64,000 nt of DNA, taken from contig JAHHIK010000039.1 in NCBI GenBank assembly GCA_019358935.1, positions 1-64,000 on the forward strand, in the 5' to 3' direction. Origin of the DNA: Tolypothrix carrinoi HA7290-LM1. Lineage in GTDB: Bacteria; Cyanobacteriota; Cyanobacteriia; Cyanobacteriales; Nostocaceae. A program made the translations under genes and the position numbers. Under the pieces are notes generated by a model. It had not been told where the DNA came from, did no database searches, and worked only from the letters and a program-made list of their open reading frames with translations. Shown one piece after another: positions 1-10,015 of this stretch; position 1 is the stretch's first letter, and every line of letters starts with the position of its first letter.

Positions 1-133
1 CCATTGACCATTGACCATTGACCATTGACCATTGACCATTGACCATTGACCATTGACCATTGACCATTGACCATTGACCATTGACCATTGACCATTGACC
101 ATTGACCATTGACCATTGACCATTGACCATTGA
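1..133. repeat. STRR heptamer tandem array (CCATTGA)x19, truncated by the window edge
   Basis: Perfect 7-nt periodicity directly downstream of thiS; typical of Nostocales STRR. Confidence 0.95.
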
Positions 134-141
134 CTCCTGAC

Positions 142-354
142 TCATCCCCCCCCGACAATCGTGACTACTTCAAGGCGATCGCCTTGCTGTATTTTTGTGT
201 CAGACCAAAACTGACGGTGTAAAATTTCCCCGTTATACTCCACCGCTATTAAACGGAGATTAAAACCATTATCTTGGAGTATATCGGGTAAAGGTGTTTG
301 GGATGAGCAAGTACGAGTTTCCCCGTTTATAGAAAGCGTAATTTGGTCAGACAT
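142..354 (-). CDS. thiS: Sulfur carrier protein ThiS
   Basis: 70 aa, INGE...AVEYNGEI...LEVVTIVGGG with C-terminal GG; follows thiE. Confidence 0.95.
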   Translation of the reverse strand: MSDQITLSINGETRTCSSQTPLPDILQDNGFNLRLIAVEYNGEILHRQFWSDTKIQQGDRLEVVTIVGGG

Positions 355-369
355 AAGCTTGAAATTGTT

Positions 370-1425
370 TTACGCATTTGCTTTAACGCGATAAAGTTGG
401 GAGAGGAAATATTGTGTGACTAAAGTAGGTTGATCTGCTTCCATAAGCGATCGCACTACCGCTACACGTTGGGCACCTGCGTCAATCACCTCGTTGATAT
501 TATTTGGGTCGATTCCCCCAATCGCAAACCAAGGTATCGGACAATTTTTCGCCGCATAACTGACATATTCTACGCCAGTTGCTGCCTTACCGACTTTCGT
601 GGGAGTTTCATAAACTGGTCCTACACCAATATAATCTGCTCCATCGGCAATCGCCCCTTGCATTTCTTTTGAATTTGTGGTAGAACGACCTATCAAGCGC
701 TGCGGTCCGAGTAATTGTCGGGCAATGGCAATCGGCATATCTTGCTGTCCGAGATGTACCCCATCTGCATCTACTGCCAAAGCCAAATCTACTCGGTCAT
801 TCATGATGAAAAGAGCGCCATAGCTGTGACATAGCTGCCGCAACTTCATAGCTTGTTCTAGACGCACAGTATCATCAGCGGTTTTATCGCGGTACTGTAA
901 AAGCGTTAATCCACCTTTAAGGGCAGCTTCAACGGTTGACAATAAATTTTCAGTTTGGGAGGTGACAAGATAAAGACGCGATCGCAATAGCAGTTGATGG
1001 CGCTGATAACCTAATAAAGTACTTTCCAGGGTATAAACCCGATAGCGCATCTGCTTAAAAGCTTTCCCCATATTCGGATGAGTGAGCTTGCCGTATTCTT
1101 CCAGCACCCGCATTGCTTCTTGTACGCGACCGAAGTTAGCTTGCAATAACGATTTTATATTGGCGCGTTGTTCTTCCTGAGGATGACTTAACTCAGTACC
1201 AGCATCGCCTAGTGTATCTCGTGCCGCCCGCATTTGAGGCGTATGCCAATTAGCTATCTCTTGTCGTAAATGCTTACATTCAAGAGCTAATTGGGCATTA
1301 TTTAAGCCAAAGCGACACCATTCTTCAATTATTCGCAAGCCTTCACGAGCGCGATCTAAATTTGCGTCTAAAATGCGGTAAATAACATGCTGTATCTGCT
1401 CTGTTTGGCTGTATGGCTCGACCAT
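370..1425 (-). CDS. thiE: Thiamine-phosphate synthase, cyanobacterial form with N-terminal ThiD2-like domain (ORF extends to 1473)
   Basis: RILDANLDRAREGLR N-terminal domain; QYRDK, NDRVDLA, GVHLGQQD, GPVYETPTK, AIGGI motifs. Confidence 0.95.
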   Translation of the reverse strand: MVEPYSQTEQIQHVIYRILDANLDRAREGLRIIEEWCRFGLNNAQLALECKHLRQEIANWHTPQMRAARDTLGDAGTELSHPQEEQRANIKSLLQANFGRVQEAMRVLEEYGKLTHPNMGKAFKQMRYRVYTLESTLLGYQRHQLLLRSRLYLVTSQTENLLSTVEAALKGGLTLLQYRDKTADDTVRLEQAMKLRQLCHSYGALFIMNDRVDLALAVDADGVHLGQQDMPIAIARQLLGPQRLIGRSTTNSKEMQGAIADGADYIGVGPVYETPTKVGKAATGVEYVSYAAKNCPIPWFAIGGIDPNNINEVIDAGAQRVAVVRSLMEADQPTLVTQYFLSQLYRVKANA

Positions 1426-1510
1426 TACAACAACCCCATTAGTGCTTTCATCGTCACAGCCAGCCTCTTTCATATTTGCAATCTTTTTCGCATCGAAGTT
1501 GGTTATTTAT

Positions 1511-1705
1511 TAGGGATTACGGATTGGGAATAGGGAATAGGTAATAGGTAATAGGTAATGGGTAATGGGCACGCTCGATTGGGGGCAATGGCAAAGGGGA
1601 ATAAAAAGAAGTTTCAGAATTTCACTTGGACGATGCCCACTTGGACGATGCCCACTTGGACGATGCCCGATGCCCATTGCCCCATACCCAATGCCCCATG
1701 CCCCA
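1511..1705. repeat. Mixed STRR tracts plus a 15-nt tandem repeat (CACTTGGACGATGCC x3, 1623-1667)
   Basis: GGTAATA/GGGAATA and ATGCCCC heptamers; three 15-mers read directly. Confidence 0.8.
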
Positions 1706-1823
1706 ATCCTTGATAACTTTGTATTAAAAGTAGCCAATAGGTCAATATCTGGGTAATATTATCGACATACTAGCCGTTGTCTGAGTATAAAAAATTCATC
1801 TTGGTTGTAAGGAGTGCTCTAAA

Positions 1824-3611
1824 TTGATTTTCCCCCTAGTGTTTTCTAACTATCGTAAAGCAGATATGCTGCCAGCATCGGCGATCGCTTTTGAAGACAA
1901 ACCAGGTTCAAGCTTGAAATTAGCAATACTTTTGGTTGTTCGTTCCTCTACTTTTTGTTTTACCCTTGGCGTAGGCGTGGTAACTACAGCATTGTTGGGT
2001 ATTGCCGACACCGCCATAGCTCAACCCAAAGCACCAAATCAGATGCCTATGGGTGAAAAAACAATGTCTCAGGTTAATGTGCTGTTTGTCAACCCAAGTG
2101 TCGGAGATGACAAACTAGGCAATGGTGGTGAACGTGCCCCCTTGAAAACAATTACCCAAGCGCTGCAACTAGCCAAACCCAATACTGTAATTATGCTCTC
2201 TAAAGGTACCTACAGCACCCAAACCGGAGAGATATTTCCTTTAATTCTCAAAACAGGAGTGTCAATTCAAGGAGAGAGGCACAACCTAGGACGCGATCTG
2301 GAAATTCAGGGGGGTGGTGATTACCTCAGTCGCAGCTTTGGCGGACAAAATGCCACAATTGTTGGAGCAAACCAAGCTCGATTAACTGGGGTGACTGTGA
2401 CGAACCCCAATCGGCGTGGTTACGGCTTGTGGATTGAATCGAGCAATCCTGTAATCGTTGAAAATACTTTTACGGGTAACACACAAGATGGCATTTCTGT
2501 CAATGGAAGCAGTGCGCCCATTATTAGCAAAAATTACTTTTATCGCAATGGAGCGAATGGAATCACCATCGATGGTAATTCGAGTCCGCAAGTGCGAGAA
2601 AATGTCTTTGAACAAACGGGTTTTGGGATTAATATTGCCAAAAATGCCACGCCAATGATAGTAGGCAATCAAATTAAGGATAATAGAGCGGGAATTGTTG
2701 TCCAGGCTAATGCTCGCCCAATTTTACGGAATAATGTAATTGAGGGCAGTAAAGAAGATGGGTTAGTAGCGATCGCCTCTGCAACACCAGATTTAGGTAA
2801 TGCATCCGAACCCGGTGGTAATCAGTTTCGCAATAATGCTCGTTATGACATTAACGCGCTTGCTGCAAAACAAGTAATTACAGCGGCTGGAAATAACTTG
2901 GGAAGCGATCGCATCGGCGGTAAAATAGATATGCAAGGTGGAAATGCGTTAGCTTCATTACCCAACAATCCAGCACTCTCAACTTCAGTAAATCGAGAAA
3001 TCACCTTCAATGCACCCGGAGTATCCGAAACTCCTAAATTAAAACCGTCATCACCGAGAACCAATATTCCTTCGACGGGATTGAATCCGCAACTACTGCC
3101 ACTACAAAGTGCAAATTCTCCGCTTTCCGTGGCTTCTACAAATCAACAGCAACCCATCTCTAAACTTGCCAGCTTCCCTACTCCTAGCAGCTTACCAGGA
3201 TATCGAGAATCAGTTAGAGCGCCATCTCCAATCGCAACTAACGCAGTAATGCCACAGTTGAATTATGTGCGGGTTGATTCTAACACAATTGAGTTTAACG
3301 CACCGCAAACAACATCCCCACCATTAGAAGCAACTAGCGCACCTGAAAACTCAACAACAATGTATCGCGGTCAATCGCCTTTGTCTATGGGCGTTAGCCA
3401 AACCGGTTTGCGTTATCGGGTAATGGTGGAAATAGCAAATCAAAGCGAGCAAGAAAGAGTGCGATTTATTGCACCGGGTGCTTTCGCTACGGTTTGGCAA
3501 GGTAGAGGAGTGATGCAAGCAGGAGTTTTTAGCAGTCGCTATAATGCTAACCAAATGCTGAAACTTCTCAATAGAAACGGTTTGAGAGGAATGATTTCGC
3601 CGACGAATTAA
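1824..3611 (+). CDS. DUF1565 right-handed beta-helix protein, probably exported; start uncertain
   Basis: LFVNPSVGDD...PLKTITQAL...GTYS..TGEIFPL motif, beta-helix repeats, Pro/Ser-rich linker, C-terminal MQAGVFS domain. Confidence 0.85.
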   Translation: MIFPLVFSNYRKADMLPASAIAFEDKPGSSLKLAILLVVRSSTFCFTLGVGVVTTALLGIADTAIAQPKAPNQMPMGEKTMSQVNVLFVNPSVGDDKLGNGGERAPLKTITQALQLAKPNTVIMLSKGTYSTQTGEIFPLILKTGVSIQGERHNLGRDLEIQGGGDYLSRSFGGQNATIVGANQARLTGVTVTNPNRRGYGLWIESSNPVIVENTFTGNTQDGISVNGSSAPIISKNYFYRNGANGITIDGNSSPQVRENVFEQTGFGINIAKNATPMIVGNQIKDNRAGIVVQANARPILRNNVIEGSKEDGLVAIASATPDLGNASEPGGNQFRNNARYDINALAAKQVITAAGNNLGSDRIGGKIDMQGGNALASLPNNPALSTSVNREITFNAPGVSETPKLKPSSPRTNIPSTGLNPQLLPLQSANSPLSVASTNQQQPISKLASFPTPSSLPGYRESVRAPSPIATNAVMPQLNYVRVDSNTIEFNAPQTTSPPLEATSAPENSTTMYRGQSPLSMGVSQTGLRYRVMVEIANQSEQERVRFIAPGAFATVWQGRGVMQAGVFSSRYNANQMLKLLNRNGLRGMISPTN

Positions 3612-3710
3612 GCTTGTATTATTGTTTGGGCGATCGCCATGTTTCTATCGGTGATTCTTAATAAAGTTGAGAAACAGGCGATCGCCCTAACTAGCGATCG
3701 GTTAGAATCG

Positions 3711-4046
3711 TCACTCCAAATCTGTAAGAGCAATTTTCAAGCAAGCACGAACCTCCTTCCAGTCACGTTCGGACAAACGACCAATCAGAATTAAGTTAGC
3801 AGATGGCGGTAGAGTGACGATAAAACTGCGAAAAATAGAAGCAACTCGTAAACCTGCTGCTACCCAATCTTGGAGTACATAATCAGTTGTCCCTAAAGCT
3901 GTTGTTTGAGTAGTAATGAGTCCAACGATGACATCAGGACGGGTTGCGTTATAGGTAGCTGACGATAGAACTACGGCAGGACGACGTTTAATGCCAGTGA
4001 CACCAGGAAAATCTACTGTCACCACATCACCAGGATTAAACGACAC
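3711..4046 (-). CDS. PemK/MazF-family toxin
   Basis: GDVVTVDFP...KRRPAVVLS...N...DVIVGLITT; GTG start overlaps the upstream stop codon. Confidence 0.85.
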   Translation of the reverse strand: MSFNPGDVVTVDFPGVTGIKRRPAVVLSSATYNATRPDVIVGLITTQTTALGTTDYVLQDWVAAGLRVASIFRSFIVTLPPSANLILIGRLSERDWKEVRACLKIALTDLE

Positions 4047-4267
4047 TACACCATCTCCTCGTTTTCCGGAAAAAGTGTAGCTGCATATTGCAAGGAAAAG
4101 GTCGTTACATCGAGTTGATCTTGCTCAGTCCAGGTATCACTTTGATCGACGATAGACAGATTTTGCTGCATTAGTTCGTTGAGGATCAAAGTTGCCAAGC
4201 GTAACCGCTCAGTTGGTGAAAGGGTGCAGACAATTTGATTGTAGATTTGTTGGAAGGTGGTTGACAC
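4046..4267 (-). CDS. Putative antitoxin (small protein with acidic C-terminus)
   Basis: 73 aa, translationally coupled upstream of the PemK-like gene; LSPTERLRLATLIL helix. Confidence 0.65.
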   Translation of the reverse strand: MSTTFQQIYNQIVCTLSPTERLRLATLILNELMQQNLSIVDQSDTWTEQDQLDVTTFSLQYAATLFPENEEMV

Positions 4268-4313
4268 GGCAAATCGTCCTGCTTTTTACAAGAATGAAAA
4301 TGATGGGGAAAAA

Positions 4314-4345
4314 GCGATGGCTCCGCCAACGCCAGGGGCGAACGC
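4314..4345. mobile_element. 24-nt SDR5-like small dispersed repeat interrupting a HIP1 site
   Basis: GCGAT[GGCTCCGCCAACGCCAGGGGCGAA]CGC; removing the bracket restores GCGATCGC. Confidence 0.6.
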
Positions 4346-4466
4346 CCTATTTCTATTTTGATTCTTAATTATGAGATGAAAAGGTTGGTTCAGGCGATCG
4401 CCTCTTTTTTACATTGTGAATTCTGGGAACCCTCACCTGCTTAAAAAATTCTCAATTTGTTTTTGG

Positions 4467-4961
4467 CTATTGGATTATTTCAAAATTTTCAATAGTCAGA
4501 TAGACTTCCTCATCAGCCATCTGGCTGCTGTAATCGATATCAAGTTGGGTTGGGTAGCCTAATCTGGGATTGTATCGAACATTTAGGCTGTATGCTCTAC
4601 GCTTAATAGCATCTTGAATCACATCAAAAAGCTTGGGAATCGTATCGTATTGCTGGAAAAGTTGTGGATCGACTGGTTGACCGGTGGCAACAGAAGTGAT
4701 GGAAGTTGTTTGACCGTTACGTACTTCAATAACTACCGGTCCTCTTGCGTCAGGTAAGCAGAAGCAACTATTGCTAAGTGTATAGCGATAGTTGGAAATA
4801 TTCCGATGATTCCACAAATTTCGGTTAAATTGCAACCGCCTTAAATTCAAATTAGTTACTGCTGGCGATTGTGCCCGATGTATGGGAGATTGAGATAATA
4901 CTGGGGTGTTCAAACCTAAAAACAGCATTAGCCCGATATTAATAACAACAGGTAAGCGCAT
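4467..4961 (-). CDS. Secreted DUF6174-like protein
   Basis: Signal peptide; W...I..YRYTLSNSCFC...V.IEVRNG...Y.P.LGYP..LDID. Confidence 0.7.
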   Translation of the reverse strand: MRLPVVINIGLMLFLGLNTPVLSQSPIHRAQSPAVTNLNLRRLQFNRNLWNHRNISNYRYTLSNSCFCLPDARGPVVIEVRNGQTTSITSVATGQPVDPQLFQQYDTIPKLFDVIQDAIKRRAYSLNVRYNPRLGYPTQLDIDYSSQMADEEVYLTIENFEIIQ

Positions 4962-5103
4962 ATAAACCTATCTATTAAAAATTTGCTGAACATTTTAATA
5001 TGCCCAAATTTAATTCACAAGATATTGGTAATAATTTGTAAAGCGATGAACTAAATATTTTCAATTCTCCGTTTCTTCTTGGGTGTAACGTCGTAGTGGC
5101 TTT

Positions 5104-5889
5104 TCACTCACTCCTCATCGCTTTCAATTTTGATGTGAACAACTCAGAGCGATCGCTTTTTTCTGGGGTGAATTGTCCAATTGGCGGATGATTGGCAGCA
5201 GGTAAACACAATGGCTGTTGATTCAAAGAAGATGTTTGGCTTGAAGCATAAGATGCCTGATGCCCAAGGGAATATTTAGACTCTTTAGTTGTGGAAGATG
5301 GCAAAAGGTTCTTATCTTTTGTACTTCCGAATGTTTGTTCGTGTAATAACTTTTCTTCACCGATCGCTTGTATAGACTTATTGTTGCGTTTATACCCATT
5401 ATTGACGCTTGCAGCAGTCGCTGAATTGTCAGTTAGAGAATTTGCGGTTGGTGGTAATTTAGGAGTATTTTCTTTATTTTCAGATATAAACGGTGAAGTT
5501 AGCTCAGTTAAGCTTTCGGGAAATTTGCTGCAAATCAAACGTTCAAATTCCATGTTGAAATGAAAAATCGCCTGCCCGCGTCGCTGCCAAAATGTTAAGA
5601 TTTGCTGAACTGAAAACGCTTTGTAACGACCTTGATACAATGCTTCAATCACCGCTAAGTGTAGCCAATTAACTGGGTACTGAGTTTGCCAACGGTTAAC
5701 TAACTCACTGGCACTGTACCCACTGAGGTCAAAACTATAGTGAATTAATAAAGCGGCTGCCAAGTCGAGCCACTCGTGTGCTGGGGTTTGGGAGTCACCC
5801 TTCATATACTCCCCCTCAAAGGGTTGAGCGCTGTGCCGCCCGGTTGAGCGATGTAGTGTGGCAGAGGTGTCCAGGGTTGGTGTGAGCAT
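5104..5889 (-). CDS. Conserved cyanobacterial hypothetical protein carrying a 31-aa in-frame repeat insertion
   Basis: LLIHYSFDL...W...LAVIEALYQGRYKA.SVQQIL.FWQRRG motif; ATG at 5889 preferred over the GTG at 5976. Confidence 0.75.
   Translation of the reverse strand: MLTPTLDTSATLHRSTGRHSAQPFEGEYMKGDSQTPAHEWLDLAAALLIHYSFDLSGYSASELVNRWQTQYPVNWLHLAVIEALYQGRYKAFSVQQILTFWQRRGQAIFHFNMEFERLICSKFPESLTELTSPFISENKENTPKLPPTANSLTDNSATAASVNNGYKRNNKSIQAIGEEKLLHEQTFGSTKDKNLLPSSTTKESKYSLGHQASYASSQTSSLNQQPLCLPAANHPPIGQFTPEKSDRSELFTSKLKAMRSE
5767..5859 (+). mobile_element. Nested 45-nt + 48-nt structured repeat elements (degenerate)
   Basis: GAGCCAC...GTAGTGT outer element, GAGTCAC...GTGCCGC inner element (5792-5839); total 93 nt. 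Confidence 0.6.
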
Positions 5890-6016
5890 CTGGCTATCAG
5901 CTTCTGGCAAGAGGTATAAATTTTCAACCCATGCATATAGCCTCAAAGTGCTTTTAGCTACAGGGTAAGTTACCAAGTGCTTTTAAGTTTATAGGAAGTG
6001 TTTTTTATTCTACTTG

Positions 6017-7483
6017 TCAACTGCTTTCATTTGAAACGATATACGGTGATTTTATTGGAGAATATTTTTTGATAGCGACTAATGCTTGGTAAACCATTGC
6101 TGCTACTTCGGCGCGTGTGGCAAAGCGAGAAGGCTCGATTTGCTTGGGGTTTGGGTAATTAACTACGATTTTTTGTTGTGTGGCAGTTGCAACTGCTGTG
6201 CGGGCATAATCAAGAATGGTATTACGGTCACTGTAGCAGAGTAAGGCATCTTTATCAGCCGGTGGCAGCTTCAGTCCGTTAACTAGAGAGACAATCACTT
6301 GTAGTCGCTGGACATTTTGATGCGGACCGAAAGTGCGATCGCTTTTTCCACCAACAAAACCACCCATAGCCGCGATTTGAATCGCATTATAAGCCCAAAA
6401 ATCCTTGGGTACGTCAATAAAATCCGGTGCTGGGCGTCTGGGAGTAGGATTAAATGCTGCCGCTACTAAAGCTGCATAATCGGCGCGAGTCATCGGCTTA
6501 TCTGGGGCAAAAGTCCCATCAGGCAAGCTGTTAATCAAATTCTTGCTTGCCAATGCTTCCACAAAATCCGCTGCCCAATGTCCAGCCAAATCGGAAACAA
6601 TAGCGATAAACTCGACTGGTCCCTTCACCTGTGCCGGATTTAACTGATTACCTACTAATACTAGTTTTTGTGATGTGGCATTATTTAAATCAAATTGACC
6701 GTTATCGCGAAAAATATTTTTGCCATTGTCTTGTTTATTACCTAAATTAGGATTTGCATTACCGTTGACTAACACTCCACCTTGGGTATTATTGGCAATT
6801 AGATTCTGACGTAGCACCGGTTGCGCTTGTCGAGAAAGAGCGATCGCTGTCCGATTTTCTATGAGTTTGTTCTTTACAAGCATTGGGGCAGCAGAATCAC
6901 TAATCGCGATGCCAATAACATTTTTTTGAAAAATATTTCGCAGCACTTCCCCTTTGCTATTACCAGCCATCACCAAGCCACTGACAGCGTTTTTCACAAA
7001 CACATTATCTAGAATTGCAGGTTTGGCACTCCCCGTCACAAACAAAGCTTCCCGACCGCATTTGGCAAAAGTATTATTAACCAAAGAGGGTGCCGTCGAT
7101 TCAATCCAAACACCAGTGCCTTTTGCGGTTGTATTTGCCACAGTCACACCCATGACAGTCGCTTCACCTAGCAATAGCAGCGTGATATTTTGCCATCCAA
7201 AGCTTTGGCTTTGATATGCACCACTCCCCGAAATCACAATTCCTCGACCTTTAGTGCCTTCGTTACCCACCACCAGCACCCCATCGGGGATCAATAGCGG
7301 AAATACCTCTCCAGTCAGAGAATTGTAGTTTCCCTCCGCCAGTTGAATAATTGTAGATTTTGTGCTCACTTTTAAAGCACGGCTAATGGTTTTAAACGGA
7401 CTGAATTTGGAGTCACCTGGATTTTTATCACTCCCAGTCGCAGGATTAACGTAAAGTGTTTTAACGACAGTCGAGTTCACCAT
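6017..7483 (-). CDS. DUF1565 beta-helix protein with C-terminal SLH (S-layer homology) domains
   Basis: LYVNPATGSD...PFKTISRAL; SDLAGHWA, PDGTFAPD..MTRA, FIDVPKDFWA, ATRAEVAA SLH motifs. Confidence 0.9.
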   Translation of the reverse strand: MVNSTVVKTLYVNPATGSDKNPGDSKFSPFKTISRALKVSTKSTIIQLAEGNYNSLTGEVFPLLIPDGVLVVGNEGTKGRGIVISGSGAYQSQSFGWQNITLLLLGEATVMGVTVANTTAKGTGVWIESTAPSLVNNTFAKCGREALFVTGSAKPAILDNVFVKNAVSGLVMAGNSKGEVLRNIFQKNVIGIAISDSAAPMLVKNKLIENRTAIALSRQAQPVLRQNLIANNTQGGVLVNGNANPNLGNKQDNGKNIFRDNGQFDLNNATSQKLVLVGNQLNPAQVKGPVEFIAIVSDLAGHWAADFVEALASKNLINSLPDGTFAPDKPMTRADYAALVAAAFNPTPRRPAPDFIDVPKDFWAYNAIQIAAMGGFVGGKSDRTFGPHQNVQRLQVIVSLVNGLKLPPADKDALLCYSDRNTILDYARTAVATATQQKIVVNYPNPKQIEPSRFATRAEVAAMVYQALVAIKKYSPIKSPYIVSNESS

Positions 7484-7572
7484 ATAGTTAGTAGTCAATT
7501 GTCAAAAGTCAACAGTCAAAGGTCAATACTTAAAAGTCAATAGTCAAAGGTCAACAGTCAACAGTCAAGCTT

Positions 7573-7761
7573 GAAGTTTCATGTTCTGAACTCGAAGTTT
7601 CGTGTTCTGAACTCGAAGTTTCATGTTCTGAACTCGAAGTTTCATGTTCTGAACTCGAAGTTTCACGTTCTGAACTCGAAGTTTCATGTTCTGAACTCGA
7701 AGTTTCACGTTCTGAACTCGAAGTTTCGTGTTCTGAACTCGGAATTTCATGTTCTGAACTC
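7573..7761. repeat. 21-nt tandem repeat x9 (GAAGTTTCATGTTCTGAACTC)
   Basis: Nine contiguous units, no unique spacers. Confidence 0.95.
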
Positions 7762-7971
7762 GGAGTTTGGTGCTAATAAAGCTCAAATTCTCCCTTCATC
7801 CCCCACTCCTCCACTCCTCCACTCCCCACTCCTCCACTCCTCCACTCCTCCACTCCCCACTCCCCACTTCCCCACTCCCCCACCTCCCAATCTCCCTAAA
7901 TTCCGTTGCATTTTGAAAATATTGAATTAATATCTTTTAATGTCCAATTCAGCAATCAGGCGAATTTAACG

Positions 7972-8979
7972 ATGATTTCAGTTGATGGTCTGAGTAAAAT
8001 ATACGGCTCAACGACAGCAATAAGTGATGTTACTTTTAACGTCTCACAAGGGGAGATTTTAGGGTTCTTGGGACCCAATGGTGCTGGTAAAACTACAACC
8101 ATGCGAATTTTAGCTGGTTATTTACCCGCGACGAGTGGGACAGTCAGAATTGCTGGCTACGATGTCTATGAAAATTCTCTCTTAGTACGGCAACGAATTG
8201 GCTATTTACCGGAAACACCACCGTTATATCCAGAAATGACGGTTGAAGGCTTTTTGTATTTTGTGACGCGGATTAAGGGAGTACCGGCAGGCGATCGCAC
8301 TAACAAGGTTAGAGCAGCGATTATACGCTGTAATTTAGAAGATAAGAGTAATGTAATTATTCGTAAACTTTCTAAGGGATATCGTCAAAGAGTTGGCATT
8401 GCTCAGGCGATCGTCCACGATCCACCAGCTATCATTCTAGATGAACCTACTGTTGGTCTCGATCCCCGGCAAATCATTGATGTGCGGAATTTAATTAAAA
8501 GTCTCGCGGGTACTCACACAATTATTCTCTCTACGCACATTTTGCCAGAAGTGAGCATGACCTGTAACCGCGTAGCCATCATTAATCGCGGGAAAGTAGT
8601 AGCAACTAATACGCCAGAAAATCTGATGACGCAGTTGACAGGTGGTTCTGGATATGAATTGGAAATTGCCGGAGAACCTGCCTTAGCCAAACAGGTATTG
8701 CAAAACTTACCTGGTGTAAGTTTGGTAGAATCAATGCCGAGCGGAATGCACGGTCATACCCCAATTGCGGATAACCGAGGTTATTTGCGGGTAATATCGC
8801 AACCAGGAAGCGAACCAGGACACGAAATTGTCATGGCATTGGTGCGTGCGGGATTCGGTTTATATGAAATGCGACGTGTCAGCGCTACTTTAGAAGATGT
8901 ATTCTTGCAACTGACTACAGAAGAAAGAAATTTGCCATCTGAGGTAGAGGATGAAGCCAAAGAAGGAGAAGCAGCGTAA
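7972..8979 (+). CDS. ABC transporter ATP-binding protein, GldA-like
   Basis: GPNGAGKTT Walker A, LSKGYRQR signature, ILDEPT Walker B. Confidence 0.9.
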   Translation: MISVDGLSKIYGSTTAISDVTFNVSQGEILGFLGPNGAGKTTTMRILAGYLPATSGTVRIAGYDVYENSLLVRQRIGYLPETPPLYPEMTVEGFLYFVTRIKGVPAGDRTNKVRAAIIRCNLEDKSNVIIRKLSKGYRQRVGIAQAIVHDPPAIILDEPTVGLDPRQIIDVRNLIKSLAGTHTIILSTHILPEVSMTCNRVAIINRGKVVATNTPENLMTQLTGGSGYELEIAGEPALAKQVLQNLPGVSLVESMPSGMHGHTPIADNRGYLRVISQPGSEPGHEIVMALVRAGFGLYEMRRVSATLEDVFLQLTTEERNLPSEVEDEAKEGEAA

Positions 8980-9792
8980 ATGGGTGTAGTGCTGGGTAAT
9001 ATTATTGCCATTTATCGCCGCGAGTTACAAAGTTATTTTGTATCGCCTTTAGCTTATGCGATCGCGAGTATTTTTTGGCTGTTGTCTGGATTGTTCTTAA
9101 TCTTGATTTTGCTCGGACCCGAAGGTATCTTACCAACAGTTGCCGCCTTAGATTTACAAGGGCAACAAATCGGGGTGCCAGTACCACCTATCGATGTACC
9201 CTACGAATTTGTCAGGGCATTTTTAGATCGTATGGGATGGCTGTTGCTGTTTGTGCTGCCAATTCTTTCAATGGGACTGTATGCGGAAGAACGCAAACGC
9301 GGCACTTTGGAACTTTTAGCGACATCCCCTGTAACTAATTGGGCAGTAGCTGTAGGTAAGTTATTGGGGGTGTTGACATTTTTTACAACAATGGTAGCAC
9401 CACTGCTGGTGTTTGAAGCGATCGCCTTAAGTGGATCGACTCCACCAATATCCCCAACAATTCCCTTGTTAGGTCATCTAGCATTAATCTTACTAGCAGC
9501 GGCGATATTATCCTTAGGAATGTTTATTTCCTCTTTAACAGACAGCACAATTCTATCTGCCGTCCTCACATTTGCAGTAATTTTATTGCTGTTGTTCGTA
9601 GATTTAATCGCCAAAAATATTGGCGGTGTCGCGGGAGAAGCTTTAGGTCATTTATCCTTACTCAAACATTACAACACCCTTGTACAAGGAATCTTCGACA
9701 CCAGCAGCTTGATATTATTTGCTAGTTACATTATCTTAGGCATCTTCCTCACGGCACAATCAATTGATGCATTGCGATTTCAACGTAATTAG
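8980..9792 (+). CDS. ABC-2 permease, GldF-like
   Basis: RELQSYFVSPLAY, EERKRGTLELLATSP, about 6 TM helices. Confidence 0.9.
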   Translation: MGVVLGNIIAIYRRELQSYFVSPLAYAIASIFWLLSGLFLILILLGPEGILPTVAALDLQGQQIGVPVPPIDVPYEFVRAFLDRMGWLLLFVLPILSMGLYAEERKRGTLELLATSPVTNWAVAVGKLLGVLTFFTTMVAPLLVFEAIALSGSTPPISPTIPLLGHLALILLAAAILSLGMFISSLTDSTILSAVLTFAVILLLLFVDLIAKNIGGVAGEALGHLSLLKHYNTLVQGIFDTSSLILFASYIILGIFLTAQSIDALRFQRN

Positions 9793-10012
9793 TTAGTGGG
9801 TAGTGGGTAGTGGGTAATGGGTAATGGGTAATGGGTAGTGGATAGTTGATAGTGGTTAGTGGATAGTGGTTAGTGGATAACTGTTGACTGTTAACCGTCA
9901 ACCAACAACTATCAACCAACAACTATCAACCAACAACCAACAACCAACAACCAACAACCAACAACTAACAACTAACCACCAACCACCAACCACTAACAAA
10001 TAACAACTAATA
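9791..10012. repeat. Inverted pair of STRR tracts (TGGGTAG/TGGATAG ... CAACAAC/CAACTAT)
   Basis: G-rich heptamers followed by roughly complementary C-rich heptamers. Confidence 0.85.
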
Positions 10013-10015
10013 ATT

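Noticed and set aside
1474..1823. TPP riboswitch upstream of thiE
   Set aside because: No complete TPP aptamer core on the minus strand; the region is mostly STRR repeats.
7573..7761. Possible CRISPR arrays (also 23428-23629)
   Set aside because: Units are contiguous with no unique spacers, and no cas genes are present.
7565..7930. Repeat-derived ORFs (KFHVLNS)n, (KLRVQNM)n, (YQLPITN)n, (IEFGQSL)n and (CPP)n
   Set aside because: They are open only because of repeat periodicity; no independent coding evidence.
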